A stretch of 64,000 bases of DNA, from the IMG/VR virus record IMGVR_UViG_3300042519_004024, positions 62,001-126,000 of that record; one strand, given 5' to 3'. Under the pieces are notes generated by a model. The model did not search any database and was not told the origin of the DNA. It worked only from the letters and a program-made list of their open reading frames with translations. Both the position numbers and the translations under genes were made by a program. Within the stretch, counting starts at the first letter, position 1. Each line of letters opens with the position of its first letter. Of this stretch, positions 32,363 through 42,744 are shown piece after piece.

Positions 32363-34010
32363 CGAATAAATCATAATCAGCAATATAATCTAGTAAATAG
32401 TTTTTAGGTTCTTGATTATCCCAAGTTGGTAACATGTACTTTATGTCTGGTTTATTTTCAAATACGGCAATTTGTTTAATTACTTTACCATTAGGAAATT
32501 TTTTAGTCATCTCAGGTAATTTAATCATACCCTTACTATAAAGGTAATTTGCAAACCCTTCTAACTCATTAATTGGTGACAACCAATCTTCACTTAAGTG
32601 TTTATTGTATTTACCTAATTTTTGAACCACTTTAACTCCATCGTTCATATATTTTAACTCAATACTTGCTCTTATAACACTATCTTCACTTCCTTTTCTT
32701 AAAGACACAATAAAACAGTATGGTTTTTCACTATAAGTTCTAACACAGTTACTTTGTACCATAGATTCTCCTTCGTATTGTTCTGTCGTCTTTAATAATA
32801 CAGGATAATATGTTTCACCATTGTTATATATTGGTTTTTCAATCAAATAGGCGTCTTCACCATAAAATCTTGTTACTGTACCTGAACGATAAGATTGTAC
32901 AAGTGCTGACCACTCTGAATGTTCTTTTACATAATCATCGTAGTTTGTTGCTGTGATTTTAACGTACTCACCATATTTTTTTAAGGACTCTTTATATTGA
33001 AGGTGATCGTTTAACGAGTTTAACACGGTTTCGGAGTTACTTGTATTTAAAATTTTAACAATATTTTCTTTTTCTTTTTTACTAATATTTGCCATTATGG
33101 AACCGTAGTCACCGTAAAAATCATTAGTTCTTTCACTTAAAAAACATTCACTATTAATTGTATTAAATAAGTCTAACCCAAATAATCTATAAAAAATCAT
33201 AATACCACTCAAATCGATATTGTTGTACTTATTCAATAGTTCTCTGATTTTAGTCCCTTTAAGGTTATGTTTATTCATAAACCAAGTAACTAAATTATTA
33301 TCATATTGTTTGATTTCTTTTTTAGGTGTATAAAATGACTTAAACTTTGAAAAAGCGTCTGGGTATTTAATACCTGAAAATTTAAGGTACAATTGGTAGA
33401 ACTTATCGTTATTGTCTAATTCGGTGTCAAATTTGGTTCCTGTTCTTTCAGCAACTATATTTAAAAACGTAGAAATAACCTCATCTTTAAATTTTATATT
33501 TTCATCATCTTTAGGTGTCATATAAAAATAACATATGTTGTTATATAACGACATATTACGTAAATCCGTTTTATGCATAGACATTTTAGATCCAATCTTA
33601 CTCTTCTTTTTAAGGTTAAGTTCACCAGAATAAAAAGTCTTTCTTTTAATGTTAAAAGTCAGATAACTAATTTGTCTTCTAACTTTAAAATATTTTTTTG
33701 ATACGTCCCTATAATTAATGTATGAATAAAACTTTAATGCAATTTTATTTTCATTCTCTTCAATTACCAAAGTTTTTCTTTTCATATGTACTTCAGCAAA
33801 TGGATTACCATAGTTTTCTAAAAAAACCGTTTCATCTTGTGATTTAAATTTTAATTTGAATGATCCTTGAACTCTATAGGGAACAGGATTAAGGTTATCA
33901 AAAATATCGTCATTATCAACTATTTTTTGTTCAATTTCATTAAAATTTTCAAAAACTTCAGTTATATAATGAACGTCTTGTGCTTTAAACAAGTTTGTCA
34001 TTTCAGACAT
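32349..34010 (-). CDS. PcfJ-domain protein
   Basis: EGESMVQSNCVRTY...IVSLR...RASIE...VVQKLGKYN. Confidence 0.8.
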   Translation of the reverse strand: MSEMTNLFKAQDVHYITEVFENFNEIEQKIVDNDDIFDNLNPVPYRVQGSFKLKFKSQDETVFLENYGNPFAEVHMKRKTLVIEENENKIALKFYSYINYRDVSKKYFKVRRQISYLTFNIKRKTFYSGELNLKKKSKIGSKMSMHKTDLRNMSLYNNICYFYMTPKDDENIKFKDEVISTFLNIVAERTGTKFDTELDNNDKFYQLYLKFSGIKYPDAFSKFKSFYTPKKEIKQYDNNLVTWFMNKHNLKGTKIRELLNKYNNIDLSGIMIFYRLFGLDLFNTINSECFLSERTNDFYGDYGSIMANISKKEKENIVKILNTSNSETVLNSLNDHLQYKESLKKYGEYVKITATNYDDYVKEHSEWSALVQSYRSGTVTRFYGEDAYLIEKPIYNNGETYYPVLLKTTEQYEGESMVQSNCVRTYSEKPYCFIVSLRKGSEDSVIRASIELKYMNDGVKVVQKLGKYNKHLSEDWLSPINELEGFANYLYSKGMIKLPEMTKKFPNGKVIKQIAVFENKPDIKYMLPTWDNQEPKNYLLDYIADYDLFDELP

Positions 34011-34031
34011 AAAAATAATATTATAAGATTA

Positions 34032-34310
34032 CTAATTCAAACAAATTAACCCCATGTGGTGTTGCATATACGGTAAAACCTTTTCTACATTTTTTGTTTC
34101 ACCATTCAAATCTAAAATTAACTTAATTAATTGATTTCTTGTTGGTTCTAATGGTTTTCCGTCTTCTTTGGAGTTTTCCTCAACAATTTCTCTAACACCT
34201 TCAAAAAACTTCTCTGAATCAATTTTACCAATTAATTGTTTTAACTGTTCGGGGTTCTTATCAAAGAATCCTTTAAAATTAACCATATATATTTCCACAT
34301 CAACATTCAT
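34032..34310 (-). CDS. Hypothetical protein
   Basis: ORF track; ATG 34310. Confidence 0.7.
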   Translation of the reverse strand: MNVDVEIYMVNFKGFFDKNPEQLKQLIGKIDSEKFFEGVREIVEENSKEDGKPLEPTRNQLIKLILDLNGETKNVEKVLPYMQHHMGLICLN

Positions 34311-34365
34311 ACTCAATATTTTAATTCAACAAAAATAACAATTATTTTTGGTTATAAAAAGTTTT

Positions 34366-35721
34366 TTAAGAGAATAAATGGAAATTTTCGTCAGTATCTA
34401 TTCTTTCTCTTAAAGCGTCAGGGATTACATTACTTACATTACTATTCTTTAAGTTAATTACTGTTAATCTTGGTAGATTTGCAATACAACTAGGTAATTT
34501 TTCAAGAGTAGGGTTATCAGGTAATGATAAAAATTGTAGTTTATCTAAATTACATATAGCTTCAGGTATTTTTGAGACACACCCAACTAAATGTAATGCT
34601 GATAAATTTTTAAATTTACCGATACTTTCAGGTATAGGTAAACTAAATGGTTCTCCACCTTTTCTAGTAAATTCAAGTCTTTCAATATTTTCAGGTAATG
34701 TTTCAAAAAACTCAGGGAAACCGTAAAGAACGATGAATTTTGATGCCGAATCACCAGGGTAATTTACCGATACTTTCTTACCGTTATTTTGTGATAATCC
34801 TTGCATAAACTGTGGTTTGAAGTACTCCTTCAATTCAGGTTCTTGTTTACGTAAGAAATCAACTAAATCAATTTGTCTATCTGATGGATCCATGTATTGA
34901 TTTGATGGGAAGTGGAATTGGTATCTTAATGCTGGTAGTCCTGATTTTTCACCGACATCCATACTTCCTGTGAATTTTGTAGGTGAATTAGGTATCACAA
35001 CATATAAAGGACCATCTTTAATGTATCTATCAAACCAAGTTAAACCTGGTGATGATGTACACCATCTTGTTTCACCTCTTTGTGGTTCTAAGTAATATCC
35101 ACCATAAAAACATGCGGCGTCTTTACCAAGTTGTCCTGTATCTGAAATTTTTACAACAGTCCAATTACCAAATTTCTTAACTTCTTCGGCACCTGGATGT
35201 TGGTAAGTTGTTGACGCTTCTTTTTTCTCGTCTGCAGTTGCTTTAGTCTTCTCTAATGAAAAGTCTTTAACTTGATCGTAAAGAGTTTCAGGGGTTAACT
35301 TATTAATATCACGGTATTCTTGTTGTAATCTATTTTTATATCTTTCAAACTTCATCAAGTCACCCGTAACTTTGTACAAGTCTTCCATAAATAACTCTTG
35401 GTATTGTTGATACGCACCTTTATATCTTGGTGAGTCAGGTTCAACGTCCAAATTTGTTGGGGTTACAAAATTTTTAAGTATCCATTGGGTGTATTTGCCA
35501 ATTTTTACTTTTTCCATATCTTCGGGTTTAGCGGTTCCTGCATCCATTCCTTCAGGAATTCTTGATGTTGGATCGGCAGCGATGATGTCAAATAAAATAT
35601 TAAAAGGCATCATACCCTTTCTTGTTTCTTTTTTAGGTTTAACATATTTGTCAAATAGCACCTGAAATCTTGAACTCTCAATGATTAAATCTCTTAAAAT
35701 GCTCGTAAATCTAATAGCCAT
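34366..35721 (-). CDS. Leader-family protein with C-terminal leucine-rich repeats
   Basis: MAIRFTSILRDLIIES; ETRWCTS; IPESIGKFKNLSALHL, IPEAICNLDKLQFLSL, LPSCIANLPRLTVINL. Confidence 0.85.
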   Translation of the reverse strand: MAIRFTSILRDLIIESSRFQVLFDKYVKPKKETRKGMMPFNILFDIIAADPTSRIPEGMDAGTAKPEDMEKVKIGKYTQWILKNFVTPTNLDVEPDSPRYKGAYQQYQELFMEDLYKVTGDLMKFERYKNRLQQEYRDINKLTPETLYDQVKDFSLEKTKATADEKKEASTTYQHPGAEEVKKFGNWTVVKISDTGQLGKDAACFYGGYYLEPQRGETRWCTSSPGLTWFDRYIKDGPLYVVIPNSPTKFTGSMDVGEKSGLPALRYQFHFPSNQYMDPSDRQIDLVDFLRKQEPELKEYFKPQFMQGLSQNNGKKVSVNYPGDSASKFIVLYGFPEFFETLPENIERLEFTRKGGEPFSLPIPESIGKFKNLSALHLVGCVSKIPEAICNLDKLQFLSLPDNPTLEKLPSCIANLPRLTVINLKNSNVSNVIPDALRERIDTDENFHLFS

Positions 35722-35765
35722 AATTGTTTTTTATTAATAAATATCACAAATATAAGAAAAATTAT

Positions 35766-36605
35766 TTAATAATTCATTATTAAAAGTTCTTCACCCATGT
35801 TTTGTTTTGTTCCTTTCTTTGCCGCCGCAGCCTTTGCAAATTCTTTTTTAACCCAAGTATATTCATTTTCAGGAAACCATTCATGAAGTAGTTCAAAATC
35901 ATAATAAGATAAACTAAATTTACCTTTTATTTCTTTTAGTGTATTTGCAAGTCTTTCGTGGTCTTGTCTATCAAAATCATGGTTGGAATAGTAATTCTCT
36001 GTTTTCCAATATGGTGGATCTAAATAGATGTATGTCGTTGGTGAGTCGTACTTTTTAATAACGTCAGCAAAATCCATATTCTCAACGTGCGTAATTTTTA
36101 AAAAGTGTTCAATCCAATCAGGTTTAGATAACTTATCTCTAAATGTAAGATATTTTGATTTGTACTTACCCTTCAAGTCAATAAATGAACTCGTTTCAGG
36201 TTTACTACCACTAAATACTTGTGTTAGTACATATACGTATTTAGCGGCAACTTCATAATCACCAGGTTCTAAGCTGAAACCTTCATTAAAAATTTCAGCC
36301 TGAAACCTTACAAACTGTTCTTTATATATTGGTGGTGTTGGTTCCTCACCAAACTTCTGACAATCAATTGCGTTAATTGCCCTCAATAATTCACTTGGGT
36401 TTTGTACACACTTAAATAGATTGTAATTTAGTGGATTAAAGTCGTTGTAAACAACTTTCTTTAGGTTAGGGAACTCTTTTAAATCCATATTAAAGAAACA
36501 CCAAAACATCCCACCAAATGTTTCAACATATGTTTCCATATCTTTATCGTAGAAAGGGACTATCCACTTTCCAATCTTACTTTTACCACCAATATAACTT
36601 AACAT
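35766..36605 (-). CDS. dam: Dam-like (D12 class) DNA adenine methyltransferase
   Basis: YIGGKSKI, ETFGG, YLDPPY; ATG 36605 after promoter 36610-36641. Confidence 0.9.
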   Translation of the reverse strand: MLSYIGGKSKIGKWIVPFYDKDMETYVETFGGMFWCFFNMDLKEFPNLKKVVYNDFNPLNYNLFKCVQNPSELLRAINAIDCQKFGEEPTPPIYKEQFVRFQAEIFNEGFSLEPGDYEVAAKYVYVLTQVFSGSKPETSSFIDLKGKYKSKYLTFRDKLSKPDWIEHFLKITHVENMDFADVIKKYDSPTTYIYLDPPYWKTENYYSNHDFDRQDHERLANTLKEIKGKFSLSYYDFELLHEWFPENEYTWVKKEFAKAAAAKKGTKQNMGEELLIMNY

Positions 36606-36664
36606 AATACAAATATAGTATTTTAAATATTTATTTTCAAATAGAACTTTATTAAAATATAAAC

Positions 36665-36823
36665 ATGGAACAAAAAAAGGCAACACAAGTTACGGGATGT
36701 AAACAGTGTAAAAAAGGATTAAATTTAACTCAGAAGTCATTAATTGTATTATCTATTTATGTTTTTTTTGCTGCTATCTATGGTACAGTACAAATAGTTA
36801 AAGACTTATACAACTTCTTTTAA
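36665..36823 (+). CDS. Small membrane protein with CxxC, 52 aa
   Basis: Hand translation MEQKKATQVTGCKQCKKGLNLTQKSLIVLSIYVFFAAIYGTVQIVKDLYNFF. Confidence 0.55.
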   Translation: MEQKKATQVTGCKQCKKGLNLTQKSLIVLSIYVFFAAIYGTVQIVKDLYNFF

Positions 36824-37798
36824 TATATCCTTTAAATTATTCTTTACCTCATCATTTAATTCATAATCGTTGGTGATTGTTAATTTTACATAAAAGTCTC
36901 CGCTACCGTGAGCATCTTTATAACCTTTTTTAACTAACCTCAATGGTTTGTCTGAATTTAAGTTTTTAGGCATACTAATCATCAAATTACCATCTGGGTG
37001 TGGTAATTTAATTTGTTTTTCAGTTAAAATTTCTAAAACATTTAATTTTAAACTATAAACAAGATCCCTACCTACTTTATCAAAATCATCTTTTTTTATT
37101 AATTCAACCTTCAATATTAAATCTCCACGATTATTAGTCATTCTACCATAGTCACCCTTTGTTGGTATCCTCAAGAAATCACCATTATCTACATTTTTTG
37201 GTATGCTAACTAATAAATTTTCCTTTTCTTTAACCATCCCATGTCCACTACATGTATTACACTTTTTAGTAATCACACTTCCGCTCCCACCACAATAATC
37301 ACATGACATGTTAAAAATTTGTTGAAACATCCCCGTTCCCATTTTTTTCATAACATATCCTTGTCCGTTACACACATTACATACCGATCTATCCCCACCA
37401 TTACCATTACAAGGTTTACAGGAAACTAAATAATCATAACTTAGATTTTTTTGTACACCAAAATAAGATTCAATGGGGGTTATCTCTAGATTTATCACTT
37501 TGTCGGGAACCTTTGCGGTTTGTTTTCTACCACCATTCATCATTTCTTCAAACATAGAATGTACGTCAAACCCTCCACCCATATTACCCATAAATGGGTT
37601 ATTTTTTCTGTGATCGTAATCTCTTCTCTTACTCTCGTCACCTATTATGTCATAAGCTTCAGCAATATCTTTAAATTTTTCCTCACCATCAGGGTTTACA
37701 TCTGGATGATATTGTTTACTTAATTTTCTATATGACTTTTTTATTTCGTCCTGAGAAGCCTTTTCATCAACCTCAAGTATATCATAATAATTTTTCAT
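36806..37798 (-). CDS. dnaJ: DnaJ chaperone
   Basis: J domain with HPD, G/F-rich linker, four CxxCxGxG, C-terminal domain. Confidence 0.93.
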   Translation of the reverse strand: MKNYYDILEVDEKASQDEIKKSYRKLSKQYHPDVNPDGEEKFKDIAEAYDIIGDESKRRDYDHRKNNPFMGNMGGGFDVHSMFEEMMNGGRKQTAKVPDKVINLEITPIESYFGVQKNLSYDYLVSCKPCNGNGGDRSVCNVCNGQGYVMKKMGTGMFQQIFNMSCDYCGGSGSVITKKCNTCSGHGMVKEKENLLVSIPKNVDNGDFLRIPTKGDYGRMTNNRGDLILKVELIKKDDFDKVGRDLVYSLKLNVLEILTEKQIKLPHPDGNLMISMPKNLNSDKPLRLVKKGYKDAHGSGDFYVKLTITNDYELNDEVKNNLKDILKEVV

Positions 37799-38441
37799 GA
37801 AATCAAATTATTTAATTGTTTTATTCAAAAATAAGAAAAAAAGAAAAATTATCAAACATTACGTAAATAAAAGTAGTGCTCTGAAGAAATTCAATGATAT
37901 GGTATTAATTAATAGTGAAATATTATTTGATAAATTAATTGAGAACGCTACCCCCTGTGATTATGAAATAGCGTTATTAACAAACCAAACAAAAGTACAA
38001 CAAAGTCTATTTTTAACAGATAACTTAGGTAGGAATAATCCAGTTAATTTAGAAAATCCGGATTACGTTTTTTTAGATATAAAAAAATATAAAGTAGAAG
38101 AAACTATTTTTGATTGGCAGGAACAAAAAAAAATAAAGTTTTTAGATTTAATTAAAGAATATTGTAGTGATAAAAATTTTAAGAGTATTTTTACACTTAA
38201 CAATAAATTATGTATTCAGATAGATGAGGACGTTTCTTTATTTTCTCTTAAGGATAAAGATGAATCTGAAAGATTATTAGAAGTAATGCAAGATTACTTT
38301 ATATCTAACTCAAGGAGTGATGCGTTCTTTGTTAAAGATGTTTCTAACGCACAAAGAAAATGGTTGTACGATATTATGGAAAAGAAGGGGTTCGATAAAA
38401 GAAGATTATATCGACTAAAGACTACTTTTTCAAAAAGATAA
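37797..38441 (+). CDS. Hypothetical protein
   Basis: 214-aa ORF filling the gap between minus-strand genes. Confidence 0.75.
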   Translation: MKSNYLIVLFKNKKKRKIIKHYVNKSSALKKFNDMVLINSEILFDKLIENATPCDYEIALLTNQTKVQQSLFLTDNLGRNNPVNLENPDYVFLDIKKYKVEETIFDWQEQKKIKFLDLIKEYCSDKNFKSIFTLNNKLCIQIDEDVSLFSLKDKDESERLLEVMQDYFISNSRSDAFFVKDVSNAQRKWLYDIMEKKGFDKRRLYRLKTTFSKR

Positions 38442-38643
38442 ATTCAACATCACCTATAGAAATTATTGCCCTTTCATCTTTGTTGTTTTTATTAAGGTTT
38501 CTACTTATATCGTTGAACTCATATTCATCTAAAACAACATTAATTGTTATTTTTTTTGAGTTCTTAAATACGTCTTCCGATAATTCAACAATCTGAGCCA
38601 TCTTGGTTAATTTATCCCTAAAGTTCTCTTGATTCTCTCCCAT
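38422..38643 (-). CDS. Hypothetical protein
   Basis: ORF track; packed operon. Confidence 0.65.
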   Translation of the reverse strand: MGENQENFRDKLTKMAQIVELSEDVFKNSKKITINVVLDEYEFNDISRNLNKNNKDERAIISIGDVEFIFLKK

Positions 38644-38819
38644 AAAGTGTATTTTTTTTCAACAAATATGGTATTTTTTATATGTTGCGGTTTTGTTTTT
38701 TTAATCTCATCACAAAACCTCATTTTTAAATCCTCGTTTTGTTTTTCAGTTATTGTAAATTCTTCTTTGAGTTTATTCAGTTGGTTCTGTAACTCCGCTA
38801 TCGACTTCTTTTTGCTCAT
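38607..38819 (-). CDS. Hypothetical coiled-coil protein
   Basis: ATG 38819; C-terminal LWERIKRTLG. Confidence 0.65.
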   Translation of the reverse strand: MSKKKSIAELQNQLNKLKEEFTITEKQNEDLKMRFCDEIKKTKPQHIKNTIFVEKKYTLWERIKRTLGIN

Positions 38820-39201
38820 TTTCAATAAATTTATTTAATTCTTCCATGTCAAATTTTAAACCTTTCAAATTTTCTAAGTTTTCTTTTTCAAAAATGTTTT
38901 TTAGTTCCTGTACTTTATTTTTAAAAAGTCTTTCTTTTTCTTCTCTATCAATGTTTGTTTTAATTATATTATCAATTATAGATTCTATTTTATCTATTAA
39001 GACTTTTTTATTTTCACAAACTAAAGAATATATCGGGTTTCCTTCCTTTCCTTCACTTTCTAACACCTCTAAGTCTTGAGGTATATTTTTTAACATCACC
39101 CATGTTGATGGGAATGTCATATCAAAACTGACGTAGTTTTTTAATACTCTTACAGATTTTAAATATTTCGAACACTTCCCGATAAAGTTACTATAAATCA
39201 T
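38773..39201 (-). CDS. Hypothetical protein
   Basis: ORF track; packed operon. Confidence 0.7.
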   Translation of the reverse strand: MIYSNFIGKCSKYLKSVRVLKNYVSFDMTFPSTWVMLKNIPQDLEVLESEGKEGNPIYSLVCENKKVLIDKIESIIDNIIKTNIDREEKERLFKNKVQELKNIFEKENLENLKGLKFDMEELNKFIENEQKEVDSGVTEPTE

Positions 39202-39204
39202 TAT

Positions 39205-39393
39205 TTAATATATTAAGTATGTTATTATATAAGAAACAAATAAACCATAAGTTAATGTTTCCCATTTATTTAATTCAAAGGGTTTTGGTGGATCTGAAAA
39301 AATGGCTCTAACAAAATCAAATGTTAATTTTAAAAGAGCCACTATCGAAAATATAAAAATAAACCCAAAAATCGGTGTAAGGTTATTAAGCAT
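39205..39393 (-). CDS. Small two-TM membrane protein
   Basis: Two hydrophobic segments in 62 aa. Confidence 0.7.
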   Translation of the reverse strand: MLNNLTPIFGFIFIFSIVALLKLTFDFVRAIFSDPPKPFELNKWETLTYGLFVSYIITYLIY

Positions 39394-39571
39394 TTTTTTC
39401 TTCTTTAGAATGGTTTAATACTTCTTTTCTTAAAACTTGCATAAGTTCTCTTAATTCTTGAGCGGTTTTTCTTGCTCTTGTTCCTGCCGACTTATTTCCT
39501 TTTTCATAAAATTTAGTTGTCTCAGCGGATAGTTGTTCTACTAATGTTTTTATTTGTTCAAGTGTTTTCAT
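39386..39571 (-). CDS. Histone H1-like (Hc1-family) protein
   Basis: KFYEKGNKSAGTRARKTAQELRELMQVLRKEV. Confidence 0.85.
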   Translation of the reverse strand: MKTLEQIKTLVEQLSAETTKFYEKGNKSAGTRARKTAQELRELMQVLRKEVLNHSKEEKNA

Positions 39572-39639
39572 TTTTTAAAAAATTATTTTTTTATTTTTTA
39601 TTATAATAGATGTTATAACTTATTTGTAAATAACATATA

Positions 39640-40128
39640 CTAATTTTTAAGTGATCTTTCAAGTACTTTATATATGTCAGTAAAAATTTCAATGTCAGAT
39701 TTTGTTTTTTTATACTTACTATCAAAGATTTGTCTAAAAAAAGTATAAATACTATCTTTTATTTTTAAATCATTCTGGGAGTAAAAAACCTCAAAGAAAA
39801 ACCCTTCAAAAAATTCTAAATCAGTTTCATTAAAGTTGAACTTTATGTTTTCTTTTTTAAAGTTTTCTATTGTTTTGCCCCAACACCATCTAAAGTGGTT
39901 TAATTTTTGCTCTGTTGTCATACCGACTTTAGTCTCTTTATTATCATCAAAATCATCACCCAAATAGGTGTCATTTAATAAATTTAAAAAGGATAAACAA
40001 AAATCTCTAAATAATTCTGTCAATTCAGGTGTAATGTTATTTGCAAGGTACCAAGCGGTTATATCTTCTTGGGACATTGGTTTGGCTAACCAATCAAAAA
40101 AACGACCCATGTTATTATCTGTATTCAT
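39640..40128 (-). CDS. Hypothetical protein
   Basis: 162-aa ORF. Confidence 0.75.
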   Translation of the reverse strand: MNTDNNMGRFFDWLAKPMSQEDITAWYLANNITPELTELFRDFCLSFLNLLNDTYLGDDFDDNKETKVGMTTEQKLNHFRWCWGKTIENFKKENIKFNFNETDLEFFEGFFFEVFYSQNDLKIKDSIYTFFRQIFDSKYKKTKSDIEIFTDIYKVLERSLKN

Positions 40129-40171
40129 ATAACAAATAATAACATGGGTCTAATTAAAAATGAAGTTTAAT

Positions 40172-41575
40172 TTATTGTGTTTTTTTACCGTATGAAATTA
40201 AATCTTTCATTTTTTCAATGTCAGAAATAACTTTTCTTTCATTTTGTGATTCTAATTTCATCATTATTTTAGATACTTTATCTGTTGTTTCACCACTTTT
40301 ATCGGAAACTACGGGTTGAGGTGATTTGTTGTAAGCCTTTCTTTTAATTTTAGCCAACAAGTTATCTTTTCTTATTTTATTTCTTCTTTGGTTTGTAGGT
40401 GTCTCTACCGCATTTGCCCATTCAGGGTTATTTCCCGTTCTTGAAGATCCAACTGTTAAATCATCAACCCATTTTTCGTCAGGGTGAATTTCATCATAAT
40501 CTAAATTTTCTAAAGCCGCTGCTGTAAAATTATCAATATATTCGCCAACAGCGTCTGAAGGAATATAAGCCATTTTTGACATTTTTGCTAATTCTCCATT
40601 TCCTTTTGGAAAATGTCTTGGGTTCATTTCATAACCACCTTTAGAACCATCCTTTAGGTAGTCCTTCATTTTCTTAACTACGCTATCAATGTAATCGTCA
40701 TTTTCTTTTTTAGACTTTTCTTGGTTAGCTCTTGTTAATTTAATAGGATCACTTTTACGTTTTGTTGTTGTTTTTTTCTTTTTCTTCTTTTCTTCTAAAA
40801 CAATATTTTCAATTATATCTATAATTTCGTGTTCACTAAAAATAAATCTTTCTCCTGTTGATTCGTCTAAGTATAACTCATATGTCTCACCACACTCTTT
40901 ACACTCACTCTCTTTACGATTATTAAGTTTAACTCCTCTACCTAATAAAATATCTTTTCTTGTCACTTTTTTGTCACCACTTAAATCAGGAAATCCACTT
41001 TCTTTTGTTTCAGTTTTTTTACCTCTTCTTAAAAGTTTAAAATCTTCAGCATCGATTCTATTATTTTTATTTCTATCGATTCTTTTTTGATTACCTTTTA
41101 ATGATTCTCCAAGTTCACTATCTTTACTTTTCATATGATGTTTCATCATTCTTATATTTGGCATATCATCATCTTCAAATGATGTTTCATCTTCATCGTC
41201 ACCTCTAAGTAATTTTTCAATATCCTCAATAGACATTGGGCTTTTAAATCTTTTTTTACCAAATCTTGGGTGTCCGTCATCCATCCCCCCTAATTCTTGA
41301 ATATCACCTTCATACATTGATCCACCACATTCCGAACATTCTCCTTCATACATTGATCCACCACATTCCGAACACTCATGTCCATTATCACTTCCTTCGT
41401 ACATTGATCCGCATTCCATGCATTCGTTTTCATACATATTTTTAGAACCACATTCTGAGCAAATTTGTTTTTTCATTTTACTATCTTCAAAAATTTTATT
41501 TTTAATAATGCCAATTCTTTTATCAATTTCTTCTGAAATTATTCTATCAACAATATTATTTATTTCTCTATTCAT
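40172..41575 (-). CDS. Leader-family protein with CxECG-SMYE repeats and EF-hand-like motifs
   Basis: MNREINNIVDRIISEE; five CxxC motifs; DRNKNNRIDAED and DLSGDKKVTRKD. Confidence 0.8.
   Translation of the reverse strand: MNREINNIVDRIISEEIDKRIGIIKNKIFEDSKMKKQICSECGSKNMYENECMECGSMYEGSDNGHECSECGGSMYEGECSECGGSMYEGDIQELGGMDDGHPRFGKKRFKSPMSIEDIEKLLRGDDEDETSFEDDDMPNIRMMKHHMKSKDSELGESLKGNQKRIDRNKNNRIDAEDFKLLRRGKKTETKESGFPDLSGDKKVTRKDILLGRGVKLNNRKESECKECGETYELYLDESTGERFIFSEHEIIDIIENIVLEEKKKKKKTTTKRKSDPIKLTRANQEKSKKENDDYIDSVVKKMKDYLKDGSKGGYEMNPRHFPKGNGELAKMSKMAYIPSDAVGEYIDNFTAAALENLDYDEIHPDEKWVDDLTVGSSRTGNNPEWANAVETPTNQRRNKIRKDNLLAKIKRKAYNKSPQPVVSDKSGETTDKVSKIMMKLESQNERKVISDIEKMKDLISYGKKTQ
41307..41374. 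repeat. 32-nt exact direct repeat, 36-nt period
   Basis: CCTTCATACATTGATCCACCACATTCCGAACA at 41307-41338 and 41343-41374. Confidence 0.9.
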
Positions 41576-41595
41576 ATAAATAAATATCAAGTACT

Positions 41596-42087
41596 TTATA
41601 AAGTACCATCTATTTTATTTATTATAATAGCTTTTATTTCTTCAACACTTAACCCTGTTCTTAAAGAAACATTGTATATTGCCTCATTCATTGGTGATAG
41701 TTTCCTTTTGACTTTAACCGGTTTGTCTTTACTATCTCCTTGACTGCAATAAGGAAAAGTTTTACATTTTTTTCTTATCGCCACAAACCCACCTCCTTTA
41801 ATTTGTGGTACCTTAAATGATCTCCCTCTACCAACGGGATTATTTCCTCTCATATTAACGTCTTCAAATCCAGGAGCATCATAACTACCAGCAGATGTTG
41901 ATGATGTTTCCTCTTTAAATTCACCTTCTTCTTTTGGTAATCTTTTATATTCGGATCTAGCCTTGTCGTCATCAGCAAATAAACTTAATTTTGAGTTGAC
42001 TGCACCCGCAGAAACGGCACCTGTACTTTCTTTACCTTCTACTTTCTTTTTTAATGCTTCAAGTATTATTCTATTAATATTCATCAT
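41596..42087 (-). CDS. Leader-family protein
   Basis: MMNINRIILEA; internal KEETSSTSAGSY; KKCKTFPYC. Confidence 0.75.
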   Translation of the reverse strand: MMNINRIILEALKKKVEGKESTGAVSAGAVNSKLSLFADDDKARSEYKRLPKEEGEFKEETSSTSAGSYDAPGFEDVNMRGNNPVGRGRSFKVPQIKGGGFVAIRKKCKTFPYCSQGDSKDKPVKVKRKLSPMNEAIYNVSLRTGLSVEEIKAIIINKIDGTL

Positions 42088-42332
42088 TTTTTATTTTTTA
42101 GTGTTGTTTGCCACTGATTCTTTTTAGACCACATTAAATAATAAAACTCAGACATCATATGAACTATAATTTCATTTATATCACCTCTCAAGTTACCTTT
42201 ACTTAATTCTGATTTAATTTTATCGACAATATTATCTTCAAATTTTTTTAATGTAGTTGCATTTAAAAAATCTTTTATTTCTTTTTTAATAGTCGCCTCA
42301 ATTTCTTTTTTTTCTACGTTAGTTAAAGCCAT
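42084..42332 (-). CDS. Hypothetical protein
   Basis: ORF track; coupled to neighbours. Confidence 0.7.
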   Translation of the reverse strand: MALTNVEKKEIEATIKKEIKDFLNATTLKKFEDNIVDKIKSELSKGNLRGDINEIIVHMMSEFYYLMWSKKNQWQTTLKNKK

Positions 42333-42742
42333 TACTTAAATATTAAAATACTTGATAATATTGTTATGATGGATCCACCGACAATCTGAAATACGGTATT
42401 CTTTACCTTTAATTTTTTGATGTCCTGTCTAAGTTCTTTATTTTGATCATCAACAATTTTAAATTTTTCGTTTTCTTTTTCTATTTGTAATTTGTAGTTT
42501 GTTTCTTTCTGTTCAAAAGTCACAATAATAGAATCTTTTAATTCTACTTTTTTTATTGTTTCAACTAATTCAATATCAGTTAGTTTTGAAACTTTTGTTA
42601 TTGAATCCAATCTATTTAAATCCGATGCTATTTTTTTAGCTACCGTATATGGTATACATATTTGGTTTGTATCATTTACTGTTGTTTGTGAAAAGGAAGT
42701 AAATGATGTTATTAAAGTGATAATAAAAAGTAATTTTTTCAT
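42332..42742 (-). CDS. Signal peptide, coiled coil and C-terminal TM (spanin-like candidate)
   Basis: MKKLLFIITLITSFTSFSQ; heptads; VFQIVGGSIITILSSILIF. Confidence 0.6.
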   Translation of the reverse strand: MKKLLFIITLITSFTSFSQTTVNDTNQICIPYTVAKKIASDLNRLDSITKVSKLTDIELVETIKKVELKDSIIVTFEQKETNYKLQIEKENEKFKIVDDQNKELRQDIKKLKVKNTVFQIVGGSIITILSSILIFK

Positions 42743-42744
42743 GT

